The notes under the pieces were generated by a model. It searched no databases. It had not been told where the DNA came from and saw nothing but the letters and a program-made list of their open reading frames with translations. The position numbers and the translations under genes were made by a program. Below are positions 11,384 through 20,000 of a stretch of DNA of 20,000 nt, in pieces. The stretch is taken from positions 2,049,310-2,069,309 of the forward strand of contig NW_019091356.1 of assembly GCF_001949145.1 (NCBI RefSeq). The letters run 5' to 3'. This DNA is from Acanthaster planci (lineage: Eukaryota). How positions within the stretch are numbered: the stretch's first letter is position 1; each line of letters starts with the position of its first letter.

Positions 11384-12147
11384 NNNNNNNNNNNNNNNNN
11401 NNNNNNNNNNNNNNNNNNNNNNNNNNNNNNNNNNNNNNNNNNNNNNNNNNNNNNNNNNNNNNNNNNNNNNNNNNNNNNNNNNNNNNNNNNNNNNNNNNNN
11501 NNNNNNNNNNNNNNNNNNNNNNNNNNNNNNNNNNNNNNNNNNNNNNNNNNNNNNNNNNNNNNNNNNNNNNNNNNNNNNNNNNNNNNNNNNNNNNNNNNNN
11601 NNNNNNNNNNNNNNNNNNNNNNNNNNNNNNNNNNNNNNNNNNNNNNNNNNNNNNNNNNNNNNNNNNNNNNNNNNNNNNNNNNNNNNNNNNNNNNNNNNNN
11701 NNNNNNNNNNNNNNNNNNNNNNNNNNNNNNNNNNNNNNNNNNNNNNNNNNNNNNNNNNNNNNNNNNNNNNNNNNNNNNNNNNNNNNNNNNNNNNNNNNNN
11801 NNNNNNNNNNNNNNNNNNNNNNNNNNNNNNNNNNNNNNNNNNNNNNNNNNNNNNNNNNNNNNNNNNNNNNNNNNNNNNNNNNNNNNNNNNNNNNNNNNNN
11901 NNNNNNNNNNNNNNNNNNNNNNNNNNNNNNNNNNNNNNNNNNNNNNNNNNNNNNNNNNNNNNNNNNNNNNNNNNNNNNNNNNNNNNNNNNNNNNNNNNNN
12001 NNNNNNNNNNNNNNNNNNNNNNNNNNNNNNNNNNNNNNNNNNNNNNNNNNNNNNNNNNNNNNNNNNNNNNNNNNNNNNNNNNNNNNNNNNNNNNNNNNNN
12101 NNNNNNNNNNNNNNNNNNNNNNNNNNNNNNNNNNNNNNNNNNNNNNN
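11384..12147. other. Assembly gap (764 N)
   Basis: Run of N. Confidence 1.
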
Positions 12148-12199
12148 TTTTTTACCAGAAGTGAACTTCACCATTTAAATATTGCCAGTGGAAATAAAT

Positions 12200-12462
12200 G
12201 CAGTTTTGAATTCTGGAAAAAATTCACGCACAAGTACCATTGTACATTTCTGGATTTGGGATTTCCCAAAGTAACAGTTGGCATACTAAGGTGTGAAAGT
12301 TTGGAAGGGTATACTGCCACTGCAATTCAGATAGACAAACCCAGTATTTCTACTTCAGGTTTATAACGTATGGCACAGACTCTGACACGTCATTTTTGAC
12401 AAACTCAACCACGCGCAACCTGCAAACAGCAATTTAATGCTGCCTCATTTCAGGAGGTAAGT
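12200..12462 (+). promoter_or_regulatory. Putative promoter and first non-coding exon of the deaminase gene, with an NF-kappaB site
   Basis: GGGATTTCCC at 12258-12267 fits the kappaB consensus GGGRNWYYCC. Strong donor GAG|GTAAGT at 12457. The block is homologous to 18785-19010. Confidence 0.5.
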
Positions 12463-13335
12463 GCATCTTCACTTATGCCATGTTTAATTTCTTTGCATAG
12501 CTATTCAGTCTTTTCCAAGTAGGACATTACGAAGAGACCTTCCTCCAAACATCTTGACACTCAATTAAACTAACTATCCTTGTTTGAAACAACTCTTGTC
12601 TAGACATGAAAGCAGTTTATTTTGTCTGAGTTCCATACCAGAGATGGTTTTGCCTGGATTTTATTTTCATTTATTCAGAAATCCGACGCTCTAGCTCCAG
12701 ACTACTTCTAAGTATAGACATATGTACTTCAATCTTGGAAGTGGTAAGATATCTGTAGTTAGGTATGTTTTTAAATTTGTTTACTGTGGTATGAACTCCT
12801 GGAATCTTTTTTTTTTTTGGCAGAGTGACTTTCCATTAGCACCGATACGTGCATGAAGTAGTAAAATGTTAATTATTTGTTCACTGTTACAATTTAACAA
12901 CAACTGCTATTTCGTGAGCATTTCAAAACAAGTGAGAAATCTACATGCAGATGGTGATCTGATTTGGCAGAAGGGACTTTTTGAAAAAACAGTGATGAGA
13001 AATACACCACATCCTCACAAGGTCAAATACAACACGCACGATCACCAAATGTTGTGTCCTTAATTCTCTAACAACGTAACTGAATATATGTTATTGATAA
13101 CAATGGCCTGCACAATGTATAGTTATGAATATTTATTCATACAAATGATCGACATGCAGTTGGTATTGGGCAGGTGTGGTCATCAACATTTACTCAATAA
13201 AGCCTTACATTGCCATGGTAATGCTTCCTACCCTATGCTAATAAGAAGTACCAATCCACTTGCCCGTCTAGCAGTCATGATGCATTTTGACGCATTCACT
13301 CTCATTTGGTATCATTTAATTTCAATCCTTTTCAG

Positions 13336-13374
13336 GTATTTTATTGGATTTTTCCTGCAACCGTCTTACATTGA
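13336..13374 (+). other. Candidate 39-nt 5'-UTR mini-exon of the deaminase gene
   Basis: Acceptor TCCTTTTCAG| (13335) and donor |GTGAGT (13375). The next acceptor is TTATTTTTCCCTAG| at 13846, 36 nt before the ATG. Confidence 0.4.
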
Positions 13375-13882
13375 GTGAGTGAAAGTACGACAGGGTGAAA
13401 CCACTACCTTTGCAAAAAATTCCTACAAAACCAAAGTTCTCATTTTGGGTGAGTTATTTCATGCTGTAAATAACAAAAAGCTAGACTATTGTAATCCTCA
13501 GCATGAGACTCAAATTTCCAATTCTCACATTTTGCATTTTTTTCCAATTTTGGGGTTGATTAAGTGAAACAAACTACAGTTTTAATTGAAATCTGTTATT
13601 TCATGAACATCAGAAAAACTTTAAGCTACCACAAACAAATGATCCTTAGTTTATTCCAACTAACCCAAACACCTTGAGGGGAAACTTTTACATGTAAAAG
13701 AACAATAATAAATCTATAAAGCTCCTAAAGTAAACTGAATGAAAATTAAGTTTGGCTCTTTTTTTATGCATAAAAAAGTGTGGTACACAAAATGCACGAT
13801 TTTATTTCTTTATGGCCAAACTGATCTCGCCCTTATTTTTCCCTAGAACCCACTTTGCCTGAAGGACCGTTAGTAGATCAAG

Positions 13883-14410
13883 ATGAACTGGATAACAAAG
13901 ATAAAAGAGGATATCAGAACGTTTATAAGGTCATGCCCCACTGGTGATGATTGGCCAAACAGAGTTGTTGCAATTGTCAATGGCCAAGTGTATCAAAGTG
14001 AAATTAGTAATGACCGAGCAATTCCTGTCATTCATGCAGAGAGGTTGGCTTTGGAATCACTGAGAAAACACGCTGAAAAGGATGAGGAGATTGTCATGTA
14101 CATCAGTCAGTCTCCATGTCGCACATGCGCAGAAAAAATATTAGAATTCCAAGAAGAGCACAAGGTCAAATTCATTATCAAATTTGCTAATGTGTATTAC
14201 GGTCAGGACAGAGATAACAGCATTGGGTTGGAAAGACTGAACCGAAACAGAAGCATTACTTTGCATGCACTACAGGGGAATGATTGGAAAGCTATCACCA
14301 AACAGATTGCAGAGTTTCATGGGGAAGGAGACTGGCAAAATGCTGGAAAAGATCCTAAGGCACGAACATTTGCATGCATGGAAACCACGTTTTTGAAAGA
14401 TTGCTTCTAA
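13883..14410 (+). CDS. AID/APOBEC-like zinc-dependent (cytidine) deaminase, catalytic half; truncated in this assembly
   Basis: H51-A-E53 (14033-14041), 24 residues, then P-C79-R-T-C82 (YISQSPCRTCAEKILEF). Downstream IKFANVYY and NSIGLERL match the AID/APOBEC strand-4/loop-7 and N..GL..L helix. In-frame TAG TAG just upstream fixes the ATG. Confidence 0.88.
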   Translation: MNWITKIKEDIRTFIRSCPTGDDWPNRVVAIVNGQVYQSEISNDRAIPVIHAERLALESLRKHAEKDEEIVMYISQSPCRTCAEKILEFQEEHKVKFIIKFANVYYGQDRDNSIGLERLNRNRSITLHALQGNDWKAITKQIAEFHGEGDWQNAGKDPKARTFACMETTFLKDCF

Positions 14411-15014
14411 TGATGATGATGATGACGACACACGTGATTGGCAAACCGAGTTATCACAAATTGTAAAGCATAATCAAAGCAGCCCTCGGCTGTCTACTTT
14501 TCTCCAGGCACATGGGTTACACAACTTAGAAACTGAACTTAAGTTGATCGTGCAAACTCATAAACAGGAAGATTGGGAAAACACAACCGGGGTACTTGAG
14601 AATCATATCGAAGATCAGTGGAAATACAGGTTGAAACTTACTCTGATGAAGAATGAACTAGATCACGCAGAGGTAGCAGAGATAAAGAAGTTGGCCTATC
14701 AAATGGACTGGGAAAGTAAATTAAGAGAAAATCTCCAGAACCACAGGAAACTTCACCTGTTCAATGTAGCCATGCAGTTGCTTCTGTTCTCAAGCAATGA
14801 CAAATTTCGCCAAGTGCTGAGACAACTGTCCCCTCCTGACAGGAAGGGATACTCTTGGTTGATGGAAGTACTTCATGAGTTTGGCATTGAGGAGGGCAAA
14901 CCAGAATGGTTAGGGAAGCGGATTGTTGCTGACTACGCCACAGCACAAGAGCTGAACACCATTCTGACAGACAGGGGCAGACTGTTCCGAAATGCAGCTA
15001 ATAATATTGCTTAA
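13883..15014 (+). pseudogene. Full-length (~376 aa) deaminase locus interrupted by a frameshift: pseudogene, null allele or assembly error
   Basis: A second frame is open from 14397 to 15014 (KIASNDDDDDDTRDWQTEL...RIVADYATAQELNTILTD...). It overlaps the end of ORF1 and continues the same DW-helix repeat pattern. The annotated 14544 start is just an internal TTG. Confidence 0.7.
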
Positions 15015-16511
15015 GACATCAATATCCTCCACGGTCAAAGAAACAAAGAGTAACGACACTTGTGATGCGATTAGCTCAACATGTACACACGCAGGTGTAG
15101 TTAGTTGTCCCTACCATGGACCATGCCACAGGAGCCCCAGTCCCCAACACTACAGATCTAATGAGTGATCAGTGGGTACCATTTAAACTTTTGCAAGAGG
15201 TCAGTATGTACAACAGTACATCACGACCTTAAAAATGTATTCATTGCCCTTTTCGCACAGTTTCACTAGGGTAGTCAGGTCCACTTCTCAAATTCCAGTT
15301 TTCTCCTTTTTAAAAAATTATTTGGTTGGCAATCTCACTGGAATGCAAGTAAGGCTTGTGTAAATTATTTAATAACCTCTAACATTAAATCCAAATCTAC
15401 CATTTGACACAACTTTTGCATGACACGGAGTGACGCAAGCTTTGTTACATTCGCAACTGTGCGTGCGTACAGACACGATCACCTTTCCTGTGAATTATAC
15501 ATTGAACAGAAAGATGTTCATGAACAAAGATGTAATTTTTGTTTTCATGAATTGACGTTAACCTTTGCTAATTAATTTATGCTATCAACCCGTTTTTGTA
15601 CTAATTACCTGGGTTAAGAGAATGTTTACTCAAAGAATCATTTCAGGAATATTTTTTATGTGAATTTGTCACAAATTAGTTCCTTTGACAGTTTTTAAAA
15701 CGGAGAACCTTCTTTGGCAATGATCCCGAAAAACCTGTTTTCGTGAGAAGCCACATTAGCGTCATTTTTTTTTAAAACGGCGACAATAAGGGTCAAATGT
15801 ATTGCCTCTTCTCTACAAACTGTGCCAAATGTTTCAAATAAAAACTCTTTATTGTTTACATATTTTAAGATTAAATTTGAGATTAATTTTTACTTATTTT
15901 CTGCTTGAAAACTTCAGAACAATGTAAAAATATTGATAACACTTTGCTGACTTTTATCGGTAAATGCACCAGACAGACACTACACAGGTGGGCCCATGAA
16001 GCATGTGCCAGCCACTTGTGGTTTGGGTATTTGAATGCGAGACAAAAATGGATGACAACAGCATTACTTTCAAGCTGCATCAATCATATGGGATTTCATA
16101 TGGGATTAAGTTACCGCAAGCTTTCCACCATTCTATCAATCATCTATGGGCAAATACATGTGTGTCTGCAATATTGTGTGAATCAGATCTCCACCACACA
16201 ACCAGTTTTTATTCTGCTTAAGATTTTATAAATGTTCTTTTTTAATTGATAAAATAGTCATGGATTATTACCATAAAAAAGCACCCCTGGTTGTTGACTT
16301 CAAGTTGTTGGGATAGCGTGGAAAAGGGTTCTTAACGAAAGAATATTTTTGTTCAGGTCCAAACTAACAATCTTTTCATATTTCTACACTTGTTTGTCTT
16401 CTTGATAAAAACATCCAGTCGAGTTTTATATTTTGTTTTTCATTCACAAAGTAGTAAATTTCCACTTTCAGCTTATGTAAATACCTATGGGAACACATGT
16501 AATTTTATGCC

Positions 16512-17200
16512 TTTTGGTTTGGTTTGGTTTGGTTTATTTCCATACATCACAATTAGAACATAAAAGAAACAATGTTATTACAGAATGAAAGAAGAGATTA
16601 TGAATGGCAGATACCAGACAGAAAGCAAACGCTTGTTCATGGCCTGGTTCCTTATTTGTTATAATGATATCCATATGGGGCTGTAATTACAAGACAGAGA
16701 AGAGAGAGTAAAAAGAGTTACAGTTGAAGGTACAGCTGAACATTAGAATTATGCCAAGATTTTCTTTGTCATAACATCTTAGGAATGGTACAATTCTAGA
16801 CATGACTGCTTCATTATTAAGGTTATGAATAAACAGTAGAAATGTGATATACATACACTAAATACATGTACAGTACAGGGTAAATAAACAATATTACACT
16901 GGAAAGGAGGATATTCTTCAAGTACTTTTTAAAACCATGTATACTTCTAAAGTATGGTATTGGGTGATTTTATTCCAGAGCAAAGGGCCTTGATGTCGAA
17001 CTGTTTTAAGAAACATTGTAGTTCTTGCCTTTGCAATGTGAAACTTGGCTGCTCACCTAGTGAGTGGACTTCAGTATTCCTCAGAAACAATGATTTGGTT
17101 TCGGGGGAGAAGATTGTTTTCAAATTTAAACATTTTAGCTAGCATTTTTGCTCGCAGTAGATGCATACTTCTCAAGATTTAGCAATTAAGTTTAAAACAT
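16512..17200 (-). mobile_element. Decayed CR1/L2-group (Crack-like) LINE 3' fragment with AATAAA and (CCAAA)n tail
   Basis: Across frameshifts the minus strand gives MFKFENNLLP...LFLRNTEVHS..TR*AAKFHIAKARTTMFLKTVRHQGPLLWNKI...SIHGFKKYLKNILL, the usual ORF2 C-terminal motif series of this group. AATAAA at 16538-16533 is followed by (CCAAA)4. Confidence 0.8.
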
Positions 17201-17828
17201 AAATGTGAAAAAATTACAAAATTTAGAAGGTTTGAACTGTAGTAGCCTATGTTACATAATTTTATGCTCAAAGTTTTTGGTGAACGGTATTATGTTTTTT
17301 CTTTGATATGGAAACATACATTTTCAATGGATGTATTCTGTTCTGCGTTTTATCTTGACATAATGTTGGAATACAGCAACCAAACTGTTTTACTTGAAGC
17401 TCCTTGAAGTGATTGAACATTTTAAATCAGAAATCATGCAGCTTTCAAAATAAAACCTTCCTCTTTTACTTGAAAACCAAGACCTCATTCTCTCTTTATT
17501 AGTTCTTATTTTTGCAAGGTTATAGCTCTGAAGTCTCAAAGAAGTCTGCTTTTGGGGTCACGAAAACACGCCCCAGGTATCTGGTGCTTAAAAGCAAATT
17601 GCCTGGAACTTTTAGGCAGCCCAAAACTCGGGAATGTAAACCCACAGGGCAATCTGCACTCGATCTACCCCATTCTGGTAATAATTCCTGCCAGAACTTC
17701 ATAATGTCGTCAGCAAGTGTAGTGAAATACAGCATCATGAATGCTCCATCAGTGAGTTGTCAGCAAACTGTAATTTTCCAGTTGCCATACCGCATACTTA
17801 ACCAAACTAATCAATAACAACATATGGT

Positions 17829-18194
17829 GTAATTTATATGATGGGTTTTGCCCTTACCCAATGTATATATTAATAAACACTGTATGCTCAGTGCTTGTCC
17901 GAGAGTTTGCGAAAAAAGTCACAAGCTTACTCGGGTGGGACTCGAACCCACGACCTCCTGCTTACTAGTGCAGACGTCTTAACCACTTGACCACCAAGCT
18001 TGCCGGGGTTGGCTGGCCGGTCCGAGTCAGGTCAAGCAGCGGGTACCGCGAACTATTTTCAAGATGTATTTTTGCGTTGGGGAGATGGTAATTTATATGA
18101 CGGGTTTTGCCCTTACCCAACCCAACGTAACCTTACCCAACAAAAAAAAATACATCTTGAAAACATTTGATGTACTGGAAACTGAGCATACAGT
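17829..18194 (-). repeat. tRNA-containing repeat unit bounded by 33-bp direct repeats, with a rearranged inverted end
   Basis: GTAATTTATATGAYGGGTTTTGCCCTTACCCAA at 17829-17861 and 18088-18120 (32/33). Perfect IRs at 18056-18073 / 18146-18163 (18 bp) and 17879-17892 / 18181-18194 (14 bp). Confidence 0.75.
17928..18000 (-). pseudogene. tRNA-Thr(AGT)-derived sequence (SINE head or tRNA pseudogene)
   Basis: Minus strand has A box TGGTCAAGTGG, B box GGTTCGAGTCC and a perfect T stem GTGGG/CCCAC. The anticodon arm TCTGC-ACTAGTAA-GCAGG has an 8-nt loop, one nt more than tRNA-Thr CTAGTAA. The acceptor stem is imperfect, and a T6 terminator lies ~10 nt downstream. Confidence 0.75.
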
Positions 18195-18556
18195 ACTACC
18201 GTTTCACTGCTTTTCATGGTAGCCTTCACTGAACTAAAATTAGAGGAGCACACATTTGTAACATTTTTATATTGCAAAGTGCTGTTAGAATTTTAATGAA
18301 AACGTCCTATCAGCCATTAACATCCACAGTGCCCGAACCCTTCAATACTTTTAAAAAAATCTCATGACAACCTTAATTGTCCTTAAAACTTGCAGTGCCC
18401 GAGTTTTTTTTTTTAACTCGTAGAAATCATCATGATGATTTCCATGCCAGCTTGCCATCTTCACTCTCCCACTTGATTTGGCAACCTGGCTACATGTGCA
18501 GAGGAAACTGGAAATTACAACGGTGAGAAATGTGATCCTACACTGAAACCCCACCC

Positions 18557-19009
18557 CCAATAGTGACGTCATAGCAAAGAACTGAGCAGCTCAGATTTCC
18601 ACTGTCACCAAACTGCCCGGCAAGCCCTCATGCAGCCAATACTAGTTACTCCTCAACATAAACCAATAAGATATCAATTGGAAACTTGCAGACGTCCACA
18701 GACTTATACAAAACTTGAAACTTTTAAGGGGGAGAGTGGGAGACTGGTGTTAGCGTTCAACAGCATGCTACCACAAACAAATTTTACTGTTTTGAATGCA
18801 CTGTACTTGAATGCCGTTGTACATTCTGGGTGTGGGAATTCCCCAATCACTGTTTTGCAATGAGGGATTATGGTTGGGCAACATTTGCCCGGGAAATCCA
18901 CTCGGTATTTTCAGTGCTTGTCACATGTAGCACAGATTTATGTTTGAAATGGCTCATCAAAGAATTTGCAGAACTGAAGGTCGGTGGTTCTTCATTTGCG
19001 GGGGTAAGA
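18557..19009 (+). promoter_or_regulatory. Putative promoter and first exon of a further gene extending beyond the window
   Basis: CRE TGACGTCA 18564-18571; CCAAT at 18557, 18636 and 18663; palindromic kappaB GGGAATTCCC 18834-18843; kappaB-like GGGAAATCCA 18891-18900; donor GGG|GTAAGA 19004. Homologous to 12200-12462. Confidence 0.5.
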
Positions 19010-19603
19010 AAATCTGCTTTATTGATGTCAGTTTTTACTAATTTTCACAATTCATTCTTGTTACAAGAGAACCTCATCAAGGAATTACATTATCAACCGG
19101 CAGAGAAAAAGTAAGAAGATACTGGCGTTAAATAAAAACCGTATACATCTACGAAATAAATTAACTCTTCACTTCACCCTCCAAAAACAAACTGTTTGTA
19201 AAATATGTGTTTTGTCTTACTTCCAGAATTTCTGTCAGACACATTTCTGATGTATGTGCATACATCTGAAGAGATGTGTAGGACATTATCTTTCCAAATC
19301 ATGTGCTCTAAATGCAATGCAAGTACTACCTGCATGCACATGTGCATGAGCACCATAGGCCTACGAGTGCATTTTCTATTGACAGTATAAGTGTGGCTTG
19401 ATATTGTACATATATTTCATAATAAAACAAAATCTATCTGACTAAAATTATACTTGCATTACCACTGAAGATTTGAATAGCATAAACTTTCTATCATCCG
19501 TCCATCTGTCTATTCAGTATTTCTTTATAAATTAAGCAAACTATAAATTAACAAAACTAAAGCTTAAAATTTCATGAGACTTAAAATTATCTTCTATTTC
19601 CAG

Positions 19604-19668
19604 CAGTAACAGTCGCCAACTCAACACAAAGAAGCAGAGCTCTGATCTGAGGCCTGAAAAGTTTCACT
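19604..19668 (+). other. Candidate second small exon of the downstream unit
   Basis: Acceptor TCTTCTATTTCCAG| (19603) and donor |GTGAGT (19669). Positionally analogous to 13336-13374. Confidence 0.3.
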
Positions 19669-20000
19669 GTGAGTGTTCTGCTTTACCACTGCATTCATGT
19701 AAAGATTTCTGGCTGGATGGAATTCAGAATTAATGGGAACGACAAAAGGTACTAGACAGGAGGGGGCCAAATAGAACTGAACTCCAGAATGTGAGCCGGG
19801 CATATTTATAGCACACGGAAAATCTCTCTTCCAAAATCCACCTCTGGAATCAGTGTTACATTGTTAATATCACTGATAAACTTTGTGGCAGGGAAGGTTA
19901 AATTATGAAGAGTAAAAAACTCCATGGTGACATCCACTTAGCCAAAAAACACCGCAGGTGGCCAGTCCATCCTCAAAATTATCTGCCAGATCTACTAAAT

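Noticed and set aside
11323..12366. Long ORFs of 273-347 aa in the ORF track
   Set aside because: Artefacts of translating through the N gap.
13847..13950. Spliced TRIM-deaminase fusion protein
   Set aside because: The deaminase frame has TAG TAG (13871-13876) between the acceptor and the ATG. The other open frame (PTLPEGPLVDQ...PHW) stops near 13945. Both TRIM ORFs end in their own stop codons.
14385..14410. Programmed ribosomal frameshift at the ORF junction
   Set aside because: No canonical slippery heptamer, no in-frame shifty stop and no evident stimulatory structure; mutation or sequencing error is simpler.
14490..14507. Acceptor-like CTACTTTTCTCCAG that could remove the frameshift by splicing
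   Set aside because: No convincing donor of matching phase upstream, and the skipped sequence carries good repeat units, so it looks coding. Not fully excluded without RNA-seq.
14664..14672. Second HAE motif (ELDHAEVAE) suggesting a double-domain deaminase
   Set aside because: No PCxxC, or any Cys, follows; it lies within the helical repeat region.
17928..18000. Functional tRNA-Thr gene
   Set aside because: The anticodon loop is 8 nt, the acceptor stem is imperfect, and it is embedded in a rearranged repeat unit.
1..20000. Prokaryotic-type systems (CRISPR array, operon, IS)
   Set aside because: No repeat-spacer array is present. Gene content, splice signals and LINE remnants are metazoan.

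Overview
AT-rich animal genomic DNA with spliceosomal signals, most likely from an invertebrate deuterostome such as a sea star (taxon inferred from the TRIM type, not proven). It reads as a compact innate-immunity cluster, all on the + strand. Two tandem paralogous TRIM E3 ligases (RING, B-box1, B-box2, coiled coil, NHL-like propeller; 3292-5145 and 8718-10568) each have one coding exon and a conserved 5'-UTR intron. After a 764-N assembly gap comes an AID/APOBEC-like zinc deaminase (from 13883; HAE-x24-PCxxC). Its C-terminal half, running to 15014, is an array of ~16-aa 'DW' amphipathic helical repeats, cut off from the catalytic half by a frameshift near 14337-14398. A kappaB-containing promoter/first-exon block upstream of the deaminase (~12200-12460) recurs, diverged, at ~18785-19010. 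This predicts another paralogous unit just beyond the window. Intergenic DNA holds two decayed CR1/L2-group LINE 3' ends, three inverted-repeat (MITE/foldback) elements and a tRNA-Thr-derived Pol III repeat.
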